A stretch of DNA of 62,399 nucleotides, counting the filler, from Candidatus Zhuqueibacterota bacterium (GTDB lineage Bacteria > BS750m-G25), in NCBI GenBank assembly GCA_016783505.1. It is 3 parts of 3 records of this genome, joined end to end, with 100 filler letters (N's around TTAATTAATTAA, not from the genome) between each part and the next. Parts side by side here need not be neighbours in the genome. Positions count along the whole stretch, not along the records: positions 28,658 to 56,733 come from JADHWK010000033.1; 2 more parts are not named here. The stretch is one strand, 5' to 3'. Positions 40,086 to 49,103 of the stretch are shown here, one piece after another (within the stretch, counting starts at the first letter, position 1; each line of letters starts with the position of its first letter). The notes under the pieces were generated by a model. That model had not been told where the DNA came from. It saw only the letters and a program-made list of their open reading frames with translations, and searched no databases. The translations under genes and the position numbers were made by a program.

Positions 40086-40436
40086 ATGAGAGACTATCGT
40101 AAGTTGAAGATTTGGAATGAGTCCATGGATTATGTTGTAGCCGTCTATAAATTCTCCAAGATTTTACCCAAAAGTGAGGAATACAATCTGATTTCACAGA
40201 TAAAAAGGGCGGCAACATCCATTCCTTTGAACATTTCAGAAGGTGCAGGGTGTGGAACAAACAAGGAATTTCAACAGTTTTTATGGTATGCCTATCGTTC
40301 CACAAATGAAGTATTGACATGCCTGGAATTGTCATTACGATTAAATTTCTGTCAGCGCAAACAGGTTGAAGCCTTGAGTGATTGGGGTGACAAAATCTGT
40401 GGCATGATTTATTCTTTTGTCAAAAAATTAGATTGA
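40086..40436 (+). CDS. Four-helix bundle protein (23S rRNA IVP/Avd-like family)
   Basis: YRKLKIW...LPKSEEYNLISQIKRAATSIPLNISEG...FL..AYRS..E. Confidence 0.9.
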   Translation: MRDYRKLKIWNESMDYVVAVYKFSKILPKSEEYNLISQIKRAATSIPLNISEGAGCGTNKEFQQFLWYAYRSTNEVLTCLELSLRLNFCQRKQVEALSDWGDKICGMIYSFVKKLD

Positions 40437-40478
40437 CGTAAAGTTTTTAGAGGAAATCCCTTGTTGTGAAAGGTATGA

Positions 40479-40541
40479 TTGCTGACTGCGAATGACGGAT
40501 ATCTGATTGCGGATAGCGGATAACGGATTGCGGGTGGCGGG
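40479..40541. repeat. Right arm: nine tandem heptamers, reverse complement of the left-arm consensus
   Basis: TTGCTGA CTGCGAA TGACGGA TATCTGA TTGCGGA TAGCGGA TAACGGA TTGCGGG TGGCGGG, ending 6 nt before the DUF58 ATG. Confidence 0.85.
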
Positions 40542-40547
40542 AATATC

Positions 40548-41426
40548 ATGATCCCGAAGGAAATCTTAAAGAAAGTCCGATTGGTCGAGATAAAGACACG
40601 GGGGTTAGTAAACGAGGTCTTTTCCGGGGAATACCATTCGGTGTTCAAGGGGAGGGGGATCGAATTTGCAGAGGTGAGGGAATATCAGGTCGGGGACGAC
40701 ATCCGCACCATTGATTGGAACGTTACCGCCCGGACGGGACATCCCCATATAAAGATCTTTGATGAGGAAAGGGAGCTGGTGGTTATGTTCCTGGTGGACC
40801 TCTCCGGTTCGGGGGAGTTTGGAACCCACCGCCAGTTTAAAAGGGAGATCGGCGCTGAGGTCTGCGCCCTGCTCGCCTTTTCAGCCGCCAAAAACAACGA
40901 CAAGGTGGGTCTGATCGCCTTTAGCGATCGCATCGAAAAGTTCGTCCCCCCCAAGAAGGGACGGGGCCACGTCTTCCGGATCATCAGGGAACTCTTGTAT
41001 TTCACCCCAGAAAGCCGACGAACCCATATCGGCCAGGCACTAGAATACCTGAATCGGGTGATCAGGAAAAGATGTATTGTCTTTTTGGTCTCCGATTTCT
41101 GGGATGAGGGGTACGAAAGACCCCTGCAGATTCTGGCCAGAAAGCACGACCTTATCGCCATTACCCTCTATGACCCCCGGGAGGCGGAACTGCCCCGGGC
41201 CGGCTTTGTGGAGCTGAAAGATGCCGAGAGCGACGAGGTCTTCGTCGTTGATACCAGCAATGAGCGATTAAGACAGCGATACCGGGAGGAATTTATTAGA
41301 AAAAAACTGGAACGGGAAAGGTTGTTTAAGTCATTGAAAGTGGATTTAATTACCTTACGCACCGATCAATCATACGTTCAGCCAATTGTTCAGTTTTTTA
41401 AGATGAGGGAACGGCGCTTCCGATGA
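40548..41426 (+). CDS. DUF58 domain protein (MoxR-associated)
   Basis: GIEFAEVREYQVGDDIRTIDWNVTAR, DLSGS and VSDF. Confidence 0.93.
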   Translation: MIPKEILKKVRLVEIKTRGLVNEVFSGEYHSVFKGRGIEFAEVREYQVGDDIRTIDWNVTARTGHPHIKIFDEERELVVMFLVDLSGSGEFGTHRQFKREIGAEVCALLAFSAAKNNDKVGLIAFSDRIEKFVPPKKGRGHVFRIIRELLYFTPESRRTHIGQALEYLNRVIRKRCIVFLVSDFWDEGYERPLQILARKHDLIAITLYDPREAELPRAGFVELKDAESDEVFVVDTSNERLRQRYREEFIRKKLERERLFKSLKVDLITLRTDQSYVQPIVQFFKMRERRFR

Positions 41427-41498
41427 ACTCAGAGGACGCAGAAACGCAGAATCCCTCAGAGGACATAGAAGAACTCAGCCCCGTCCCAAGATCGTTTT

Positions 41499-41554
41499 CC
41501 CCTGGGAGCGTAGCCTCCTACCCTAGCCGGGCACGGCGGACCGGGCAGGCAAGA
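41499..41554. repeat. 56-bp GC-rich element, copy 1
   Basis: Identical to 47448-47503. Confidence 0.85.
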
Positions 41555-41581
41555 TTCTTGGGCCGAAAGGATCTTGGCAAC

Positions 41582-41763
41582 TGGAATAATGGTCTACAGC
41601 CCGTAGGGAATGATGGATAAATGGAAGGATAGAAAAATTGAAGGATGGACGAATGCCCCCCTGGCCGGGCAGGCAAGGCCCGTATGGGGAGGAATGGGTA
41701 CACCCAACCTTCCAGCATTCCAACATTCCCCTACAGGTCTTCGGACAATCTTCCATCATTCCA
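41582..41763. repeat. Inverted 8-mer tandem arrays (TGGAAGGA / TCCAACAT type)
   Basis: TGGAATAA, TGGATAAA, TGGAAGGA, TTGAAGGA opposite TCCAGCAT, TCCAACAT, TCCATCAT. Confidence 0.65.
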
Positions 41764-41805
41764 GAAATGACAGATTTGGAAAATATTTTCACTAAGTTTT
41801 AGATC

Positions 41806-42777
41806 ATGGGGATCAGGAATATCCTTTTGACAGGGTTGTTATTGTGGGTATCGCTGTCATTTGCCGATGATGTTCGGATAAAGGCCGAGCTAGAACCGGA
41901 TACCGCGTTGGTGGGGGACTGGATTAGTTTCTCCCTTTTCATCGAACACGACCAAGGGATAAAGGTTGACCTGCCCCAGCTTCAGGGGCGGGTAGGGGAT
42001 CTGGAGGTGATTAAGCCGGGGGAGTGGAAATCTAAAAAGTCAAAAGGGAGGATCATTGACCAAATGGCGACTACCTGTGCGGTATATGATACGGGCCATT
42101 TTGTCATTCCGGAAATACCTATCTTCTACCAAAAGGTCGGGGATACCACCCGGTACCAGATTAACAGTCAACCCCTTGGGGTTTTTATTGCCAGTGTGCT
42201 GGACTCCTCCGTCACCGATATTCTGGACATTAAGGGGCCGGTGGCCTTTCCCCGACCCTTGCGGGAGAAGCTGTTCTGGGCCATGATTTTTATGATCCCC
42301 CTGGCTCTGGGAGCGTTGGCTTACATCTATGTTAAAAGAAAGAAAGGGGGACCGAAAAAAATCCTGGCGGCGTCCCCCCCTTTAGTTCCCCCCCATGAGT
42401 GGGCTTATCAGGAATTGGAGAAATTAAAAGGGTCTTCCCTTCTCCTGCAGGGAAAGTTCAAAGCCTATTATTCCAGGGCTTCCGAAATCGTCTGCACCTA
42501 TCTTGAAAGGCGTTATCCCATTCGGGCAGTGGAGATGACGTCAACCGAGCTTATTGAATGGTTTTCACAATCCAAATTGTCCGACGGTATTTTAGAGATG
42601 GTGAGGAGCTTTCTGGAAAAGTGCGATCTGGTGAAATTTGCCAAGCATCGGCCCCTATCCCAGGAAAACGAAGAGGTTCTCCTTCAGGCCTACCAGATTG
42701 TGGATAGAACCAAACTCGGGGTTGAAAAGTGCTGGGGAAATGAAACTCCCAAAAGAAAAAAACAATCTGAGCTTTAG
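41806..42777 (+). CDS. Bat-operon membrane protein (BatD-like/DUF4381-like)
   Basis: Signal peptide, Ig-like domain, DILDIKGP, TM helix, EMTSTE and DLVKFAK; position within the operon. Confidence 0.8.
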   Translation: MGIRNILLTGLLLWVSLSFADDVRIKAELEPDTALVGDWISFSLFIEHDQGIKVDLPQLQGRVGDLEVIKPGEWKSKKSKGRIIDQMATTCAVYDTGHFVIPEIPIFYQKVGDTTRYQINSQPLGVFIASVLDSSVTDILDIKGPVAFPRPLREKLFWAMIFMIPLALGALAYIYVKRKKGGPKKILAASPPLVPPHEWAYQELEKLKGSSLLLQGKFKAYYSRASEIVCTYLERRYPIRAVEMTSTELIEWFSQSKLSDGILEMVRSFLEKCDLVKFAKHRPLSQENEEVLLQAYQIVDRTKLGVEKCWGNETPKRKKQSEL

Positions 42778-42894
42778 AGGAGAGAAGCACAGATAGTAAA
42801 AAATATTCCGATAGTCCAACATTGCTCATATCAAGACATATTAACTAAATAATTAATAGTAAATAACTTTTAATAATTTTTGAGGTATCAGAAA

Positions 42895-43998
42895 ATGGAA
42901 AATGTGGTGTATCTGTTGGGTGCCGGATTTTCTGCTCCTTTAGGGTTGCCCGTTATGGATAATTTCCTAGAAAAATCAAAAGATATGTATTTTGAAACAC
43001 CTGATAAATTTAAACATTTCTTAAAGGTTTTTGATACGATAAAAGAAATGTCTATTAGTAAGAATTATTTTTCGACAGATTTGTTTAATATTGAAGAAAT
43101 ATTATCAATTCTTGAAATGAAAACTAGTCTTGGGGAAAATGGTTCAAGTCGCTTTTTTATTAAATATATCATTGATGTTATTAATCATTTTACTCCATCG
43201 ATTGTACCACATAAAAATCCTTTAATTGGGAATTGGAATGAGCATATTTTTGGGGATAAACCAATAGCAAACTACTATGGATATTTTGTATCCTCTTTAT
43301 TAAATGCTCAAACTACTCGGAGAATAGTAGAAGATAATTATGGTAACAAATCCCCCATTTATAAGTTATCAAAAGATAGCAATCACCAAGCAAAATATTC
43401 TGTTATTACTTTAAATTATGATTTAGTTATTGAAAATTATTGCAATTTTTTAAATCAAAATTTAGAATTTTGCAATGACATCAAATTTATAAAACCATAC
43501 AATAATTTTAATGTCGAATCTTCTAAATTCCCAGTTATTGCAAAATTACATGGTAGTATTGATACAGGGAAAATTATCCCCCCTACTTGGAACAAATTAT
43601 TAAATAAGCGCGAGATAAAGGATGCTTGGAAAGCTGCACATAAGCTTTTAATTAAAGCAAACCATATTAGAATCATTGGTTATTCTCTTCCAACCACAGA
43701 TTCTTATGTAAGATATCTTTTTAAATCTGCCATTATCTATTCACTTCATTTAAAAAATATTGACGTGATTTGTTTGGATCACAATGGTGAAATAAAAAAA
43801 CGATATGATGAATTCATCCAATTTAAAAATTATCGTTTTATTCCTGAAGACACCCTTAATTATCTAAAACAGAATTTTGAGCTAAACGAATCGTTTGAAA
43901 GACCCGACTCAAAAACGATGAAAGGATCTTTTAACAGATTGGAACAAGCTCATAATAGTTTTATGACCAGTTATATTTTATTACATCAATCTAATTAA
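42895..43998 (+). CDS. SIR2-like domain protein (putative anti-phage NADase)
   Basis: Motifs VYLLGAGFS, ITLNYD, KLHGS, IIPPTWNK and IIGYS. AT-rich. Confidence 0.8.
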   Translation: MENVVYLLGAGFSAPLGLPVMDNFLEKSKDMYFETPDKFKHFLKVFDTIKEMSISKNYFSTDLFNIEEILSILEMKTSLGENGSSRFFIKYIIDVINHFTPSIVPHKNPLIGNWNEHIFGDKPIANYYGYFVSSLLNAQTTRRIVEDNYGNKSPIYKLSKDSNHQAKYSVITLNYDLVIENYCNFLNQNLEFCNDIKFIKPYNNFNVESSKFPVIAKLHGSIDTGKIIPPTWNKLLNKREIKDAWKAAHKLLIKANHIRIIGYSLPTTDSYVRYLFKSAIIYSLHLKNIDVICLDHNGEIKKRYDEFIQFKNYRFIPEDTLNYLKQNFELNESFERPDSKTMKGSFNRLEQAHNSFMTSYILLHQSN

Positions 43999-44147
43999 CA
44001 CTTTGGAAATTATGAAAAAATAATAACCTGCACATGCACCGAACGCAACGTAGCACTATTACTTAACAATTTTATTTCTCGTTTAACGATCACGCTGTTG
44101 ATTGCCAAACGCTAATTAAACTGAATAACCATAAAAATCTATCAAAC

Positions 44148-45125
44148 ATGTTTGCCCATCCCCAATTTTTTCTGCTGCTGTTGCTTGTTCCATTGATGGT
44201 CTTCTGGTACGTTAAGAAGCAGAAGAGAGCCCAGATTCAGTTTTCCACCATCAGCCTGCTGAAAGAGGTGGACAAAACCTCGTTGAAGAAATTCCGGCAC
44301 ATGCCGTTCATTTTCCGGTGTCTGGCGGTTGTTTTGATGGTCGTGGCCCTGGCCCGGCCCCAATCTACCAGTGAGACTAAGGAGGTGTTGACAGAAGGGA
44401 TTGACATCATGCTGGCACTGGACATCTCCAGCTCCATGCTGGCCGAGGATTTTCAACCGAAGAACCGGATCCAAGCGGCTAAGGAAGTAGCAGCAGAATT
44501 TATTGACGGCCGTATGAGCGATCGCATCGGGTTGGTGGCCTTTTCCGGGATGAGCTTTACCCAGTGCCCGTTAACCTTAGACTACGGGCTGTTGAAAAAA
44601 CTCCTGAGCGAGATCGGGGTGGGCATGATCGAGGACGGCACCGCCATCGGGATGGCCATCGCCAACGGGGTGAACCGGCTGCGGGATTTAAAGGCCAAGA
44701 GCAAGGTAATGATTCTGCTCACCGACGGCCAGAATAATCGGGGGGAACTGGATCCGGTCACCGCCGCTCAGACCGCTGCTGCCCTGGGCATTAAGGTCTA
44801 TACCATTGGGGTGGGCAGTCGGGGGCAGGCGCCCTATCCGGTGGATACTCCATTTGGAAAACGCTATCAGATGGTCCCGGTGGACGTTGATGAGGACATG
44901 CTTAAGGAGGTAGCCAGGCTTACCGATGGCCGATACTTTCGGGCCACGAACGAAGATAAACTAAGGGAGATTTATGGGGAGATTGATGAGCTGGAGAAGA
45001 CTAAAATTAAGGTGAAGGAATATAGAAGATATGAAGAGCTTTTTTACGGCTATCTATGGCTGGCACTGGCCTTTTTAACCACAGGGGTCGTTCTGGGGAA
45101 CACCCGGTTCAGGAAGATTCCTTGA
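44148..45125 (+). CDS. batA: BatA, vWA domain protein
   Basis: Motifs ALARPQ, DISSSM (MIDAS), GTAIG and LLTDG. Confidence 0.9.
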   Translation: MFAHPQFFLLLLLVPLMVFWYVKKQKRAQIQFSTISLLKEVDKTSLKKFRHMPFIFRCLAVVLMVVALARPQSTSETKEVLTEGIDIMLALDISSSMLAEDFQPKNRIQAAKEVAAEFIDGRMSDRIGLVAFSGMSFTQCPLTLDYGLLKKLLSEIGVGMIEDGTAIGMAIANGVNRLRDLKAKSKVMILLTDGQNNRGELDPVTAAQTAAALGIKVYTIGVGSRGQAPYPVDTPFGKRYQMVPVDVDEDMLKEVARLTDGRYFRATNEDKLREIYGEIDELEKTKIKVKEYRRYEELFYGYLWLALAFLTTGVVLGNTRFRKIP

Positions 45126-45152
45126 GTTAAATTCTTTAGTTTTTTCGGCTCT

Positions 45153-45305
45153 ATGTCGTTAAGTGTGGTATATTATGAGATATTTGAGGATATTTACCAT
45201 GCAAAATCAAGAGAGAAACAAATTAAAGGCGGCTTAAGACAGAAAAAGATCAATCTGATTAACAGTATGAACGGGAAATGGAAAGATATATACGACGAAT
45301 TATGA
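45153..45305 (+). pseudogene. GIY-YIG nuclease C-terminal remnant
   Basis: VYYEIFEDIYHAKSREKQIKGG..QKKINLINSMNGKWKDIY; the N-terminal GIY/YIG motifs are missing. Confidence 0.7.
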
Positions 45306-45327
45306 TCTATGTTTTAAACTAAAAAAA

Positions 45328-45419
45328 GATTGCTTCGGCCAAAAAACGGGCCTCGCAAAGACAAGCAAAAGAAACTGTCATTGCGAGGAATCCCGAGTAT
45401 TCGGGATGACGAAGTAATC
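45328..45419. repeat. REP-like inverted doublet (GTCATTGCGAGG...CGAAGYAATC family)
   Basis: GATTGCTTCG...CCTCGCAAAGAC and GTCATTGCGAGG...CGAAGTAATC, next to the GIY-YIG remnant. Confidence 0.7.
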
Positions 45420-45537
45420 CTTAAAAGATAGTAGATGAACAAAAAAACATTGTGATGTATCATGAACGGAACTTTTTTCTTCTGCTTCATCCTTTTTGAC
45501 AATTACCCATAGAAAACGACATAGACTCCTTCGTTCT

Positions 45538-45963
45538 TTATCGAGGGAATATCTCAAACCCTAAAACGGAAAAATGATGATCAAAAGTGAAGGCTTTCCT
45601 GATCCTTAAATTTTGCATGAGGGCGAAGGAAGTTGCATCAGTGAACGAAAAATTGATAGCCGAATATTGGCAAAAAATCTTCCAGGCAGAATCCCTCAAT
45701 GCGGAATCAATAGCGTGTATTAGAATTACCGGGCTGGAAAAGAGGCTATCCCACAATTTGATGGATGCCTCCAGTCCGACAGTATATCTCAGATGGGTGA
45801 TGCTTTCGTCTATGATATAGTCGCTAGTATGATAGGTGACGGGTCTACCTTTGTAGGTTTTTAAAAACTGTGAAGCCCGCTGATGGTATTGATCATCCCT
45901 ATCATAAAGTGCGATCCAGGCGGAGGAATCGACAAAGAAGCCTTCTTTTGCAAAGACTTTCAT
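45538..45963 (-). CDS. vapC: VapC-family PIN toxin
   Basis: Motifs VDSSAWIAL, IIDE, SFTDATS and TFDHHF. Confidence 0.88.
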   Translation of the reverse strand: MKVFAKEGFFVDSSAWIALYDRDDQYHQRASQFLKTYKGRPVTYHTSDYIIDESITHLRYTVGLEASIKLWDSLFSSPVILIHAIDSALRDSAWKIFCQYSAINFSFTDATSFALMQNLRIRKAFTFDHHFSVLGFEIFPR

Positions 45964-46229
45964 TTCTTTTTGGGAGCACCGTAGAGATAATGATCATGAT
46001 TGATGGAACCGTCGGTGATCCCGGAGTTTGCCATTCCCACAATATTCCAGATGGGATCGTCTTCAGCCAGGATGTGTTGCCCCTCTTTAGCGGAAATACC
46101 CAGGTATTCAGAAATGGCTTCACGGACGAGCTCAGCCATCTTTTTGTTAGTTTCCTTTGCTTTTTCTCTGAGCAGTCGGTGCTGAAGATGACCGAGGTAA
46201 ATTTGGGTTCTTATAGGATACTCAGCCAT
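45960..46229 (-). CDS. Ribbon-helix-helix antitoxin (VapB/CopG-like)
   Basis: RTQIYL...MAELVREAI..YL and S.NHDHYLYG; ATGA-type overlap with vapC. Confidence 0.82.
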   Translation of the reverse strand: MAEYPIRTQIYLGHLQHRLLREKAKETNKKMAELVREAISEYLGISAKEGQHILAEDDPIWNIVGMANSGITDGSINHDHYLYGAPKKK

Positions 46230-46303
46230 TTTACCCCTTTTTTAATGTATATACATTATAATATAATAAATAAATTTAATTTTGTCAAGTAAAAATTCGT
46301 TCT

Positions 46304-47335
46304 ATGATCCGTTTTGCCCATATTGAATATCTCCATCTTTTATGGGGAATCCCGATATTATTCTTTTTCTTTCTGTATGTATTTAAAAGGAAGAAAAAGG
46401 ATGTGAATGTCTTTGGAAACCCGGAATTAGTGGCCAAACTGGCCCCCAACGCCAGCCGGAGGCGATTCGTATTGAAGGCAATGCTAATATTAGCCGGACT
46501 GTTTTTTATCATCATCGCCCTGGCCAATCCCCAGGTGGGGACCAAACTGGAGGAGGTGAAGCGGGAAGGGATTGATGTTGTAGCGGCCTTAGATGTTTCC
46601 CTGTCCATGATGGCAGAGGACATCGCTCCTAACCGGCTGATGAAGGCCAGGCACCAAATTGCTCACTTAATCAGCCTACTGGAAGGGGATCGCATTGGAC
46701 TTATCGCCTTTGCCGGGGCCGGGTTTGTCCAGAGCCCATTGACACTGGATTATGGGGCGGCCCTCATGTTTCTGGACGCTATGGATGTTCAGACCGTTCC
46801 CCGCAAGGGAACAGCCATCGCCGAGGCCATCGGGGCGGCGGCTAAGTCCTTTATTCAGAGGGAAAAAAAACACAAGGTGCTGGTGCTGTTTACCGATGGG
46901 GAGGATCACGGGGAGGATGTTTTGAAGGCCGCCGAAAGGGCGGGGGAGGAAGGAATCGTCATCTATACCCTTGGGGTGGGCTCACCCCAAGGGGTTCCCA
47001 TCCCCCTGTTTGGCAAAGCCGGAAATCGGGTGGGATTCAAAAAGGACAAAAACGGTGAAGTGGTGCTGACAAGGTTAAATGAGTGGGGCCTTCAGCAAAT
47101 TGCTCTCCAAACGGGGGGAAAATATTTTCGTGCCAGCCCAGGCGAAGGTGAGATCGAAGAGATCTATCGGGAGATTGGCGGTATGGGAAAGAAAGAACTG
47201 GGGGCCAAGCAGTATACCCAATTTGAGGACCGTTTCCAGATTTTTCTGGTCATAGGATTAGCACTTCTCGTCACGGAATTCTTTATCAGCGAGGGGAGAC
47301 GGACGAAAATAAATAAACCATCTGCAATTATTTAG
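46304..47335 (+). CDS. batB: BatB, vWA domain protein
   Basis: Motifs ALANPQ, DVSLSM, PLTLDY, TDGEDH and G.PIP. Confidence 0.9.
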   Translation: MIRFAHIEYLHLLWGIPILFFFFLYVFKRKKKDVNVFGNPELVAKLAPNASRRRFVLKAMLILAGLFFIIIALANPQVGTKLEEVKREGIDVVAALDVSLSMMAEDIAPNRLMKARHQIAHLISLLEGDRIGLIAFAGAGFVQSPLTLDYGAALMFLDAMDVQTVPRKGTAIAEAIGAAAKSFIQREKKHKVLVLFTDGEDHGEDVLKAAERAGEEGIVIYTLGVGSPQGVPIPLFGKAGNRVGFKKDKNGEVVLTRLNEWGLQQIALQTGGKYFRASPGEGEIEEIYREIGGMGKKELGAKQYTQFEDRFQIFLVIGLALLVTEFFISEGRRTKINKPSAII

Positions 47336-47369
47336 CCTTATCGAGTTGATAAAGAAGTGAAATGTGCCA

Positions 47370-47441
47370 GCAGGGAAGAGCAGGAGTGCAGGGGAGCAGG
47401 GGAGCAGAGGGGCAGAGGGGAGGGGGAGGGAGTAATGGAAT
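47370..47441. repeat. 8-mer tandem repeats (GCAGGGGA type)
   Basis: GCAGGAGT GCAGGGGA GCAGGGGA GCAGAGGG GCAGAGGG. Confidence 0.6.
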
Positions 47442-47447
47442 GTTGTC

Positions 47448-47503
47448 CCCCTGGGAGCGTAGCCTCCTACCCTAGCCGGGCACGGCGGACCGGGCAGGCA
47501 AGA
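47448..47503. repeat. 56-bp GC-rich element, copy 2
   Basis: Identical to 41499-41554. Confidence 0.85.
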
Positions 47504-47692
47504 CCTGTAGGGGAATTTTGGTAACAGTTCACCACTAAATCCTATTTCTGAATCCTTTTGCCTTTCTCAAAGTCCCCCTTTTAAATAAGGGAGGAATCGA
47601 AATAGAGCCAAATCTAAAGATTATCATATTCGTTTTTCTTTTTGACTTGTCACGAAGTGACCACTCACCCTGAAAGTAGGGAAGGTTATTAA

Positions 47693-48436
47693 ATGGTTAT
47701 AAATCATTACCATAAGTTTCTTTTCCTGTTAATTACAGGGTCCCTATTAATTCTATCGTTCCCTTCAGAGTTATGTGGAGAATCGGGCACTGCTAAGGTT
47801 AAAAAGGGGAACAAATTCTATAATGAAGGTAAATACGATCGGGCCCAGGTGAAGTATATGGAAGCCCTACAAGAACATCCGGAGGCCCCGGAGATTCATT
47901 TCAATCTGGGGGATAACTACTATAAAAAGGAAAATTTTGAAAAATCCCAACAGGAATTTCAAAGTTCCCTTTCGACTCAAAAGGATGAATTAAAGACCCG
48001 TTCGTATTATAACCTGGGGAACGTCTTATTCAAAGGGCGGAAGATCCCCGAGAGCATCGAAGCCTATAAGAATGCCCTGAGGATAAGACCGGATTTCAGG
48101 GAGGCGAAGACTAATCTGGAGCTGGCCAAACTGATGCTTAAGCAACAGCAGCAGCCACAGGAGCAAAGGGGTCAGGAAGAGCAGTCTAAAGAGCAGAAGC
48201 AGGATCAGGAACAACAGCAGGAAGGGAAACAGGAGCAGCAACCGCCAGGACCCAAAGAAAAGGAATTTGATGAGCGGCAGGAACCGACCCAGCAACGTCG
48301 GCTAAAGCCCAAAGAAGGGATGACAGAGGAGGATGCCAAGAAAATTCTGGATGCGTTGAAGCATGACGAAAAGGAGCTTCTGAGACAGATACGTCGGATG
48401 AAGATTAAGGAGGGGATGGTGGATAAGGACTGGTGA
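47693..48436 (+). CDS. batC: BatC, TPR protein
   Basis: TPR repeats (YNLGN), a Q/E-rich linker and C-terminal KDW. Confidence 0.85.
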   Translation: MVINHYHKFLFLLITGSLLILSFPSELCGESGTAKVKKGNKFYNEGKYDRAQVKYMEALQEHPEAPEIHFNLGDNYYKKENFEKSQQEFQSSLSTQKDELKTRSYYNLGNVLFKGRKIPESIEAYKNALRIRPDFREAKTNLELAKLMLKQQQQPQEQRGQEEQSKEQKQDQEQQQEGKQEQQPPGPKEKEFDERQEPTQQRRLKPKEGMTEEDAKKILDALKHDEKELLRQIRRMKIKEGMVDKDW

Positions 48437-48470
48437 TGGGTTTTTATTCCAATTCAAAAATTCTTTTATT

Positions 48471-49045
48471 AGCCCACGAATTTATTCGTGGGTATTAAAA
48501 GCATATTAAAACATTTAACCGTTTTAACGGTTTAATGTGGGAGGGTTTTTTGATGTCCCATTCTTTAACCAAATTGTGGGTTCATGCCATCTGGGGCACG
48601 AAGGATCGAATACCATTGCTTAAAGACCCATTTAGATCCAAGATCATACATCATATTCAAGACAAGTTAGAGGAACTTGATTGTGGTGTTCGTATAATTA
48701 ACGGGACGGCGGATCATTTTCATGCACTATTTCTATTATGTAATGATAAATCCCTTGCTGAAGTGATGAAAATGATTAAAGGCGAATCTTCACATTGGAT
48801 CAATCAGCAAGACATTATCAGTCGTAAATTTGCTTGGCAGGTAGGTTATGGTGGTTTTTCAGTAAGCGAATCTATGGTAAAGCAAGTTGAGGATTATATT
48901 CGTAAGCAAGAAGAGCATCATCGGAAGATGACATTTCAAGAAGAATATGATCGTTTTCTTAAACAATATGGGTTATCAGAAAAACCGATGAATCGGTTAA
49001 ATGAATTCTTTTGAGCTATTTTTACCCACGATTAAAATCGTGGGT
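48471..49045. mobile_element. IS200/IS605-type (RAYT-like) element with mirrored hairpin doublets
   Basis: Left hairpins at 48471-48493 and 48517-48532; right hairpins at 48983-48998 and 49024-49045. Confidence 0.75.
48553..49014 (+). CDS. tnpA: Y1 HUH transposase TnpA
   Basis: HAIWGTKDR, DHFH (HUH), FAWQVGYGGFSVS and YIRKQEEHH. Confidence 0.9.
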   Translation: MSHSLTKLWVHAIWGTKDRIPLLKDPFRSKIIHHIQDKLEELDCGVRIINGTADHFHALFLLCNDKSLAEVMKMIKGESSHWINQQDIISRKFAWQVGYGGFSVSESMVKQVEDYIRKQEEHHRKMTFQEEYDRFLKQYGLSEKPMNRLNEFF

Positions 49046-49103
49046 TACTTATGGCTTTCAGCACCTTGCAACAATGTCATAAATATATTTTTGGAATATT
49101 AGT

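Noticed and set aside
40086-40436. Avd-like protein as evidence of a diversity-generating retroelement
   Set aside because: No reverse transcriptase and no TR/VR pair with adenine-specific mismatches were seen in the window.
41423-41795. Short ORFs between DUF58 and the BatD-like gene; also 32708-32932 and 58540-58734
   Set aside because: Translations of repeat elements with no protein motifs.
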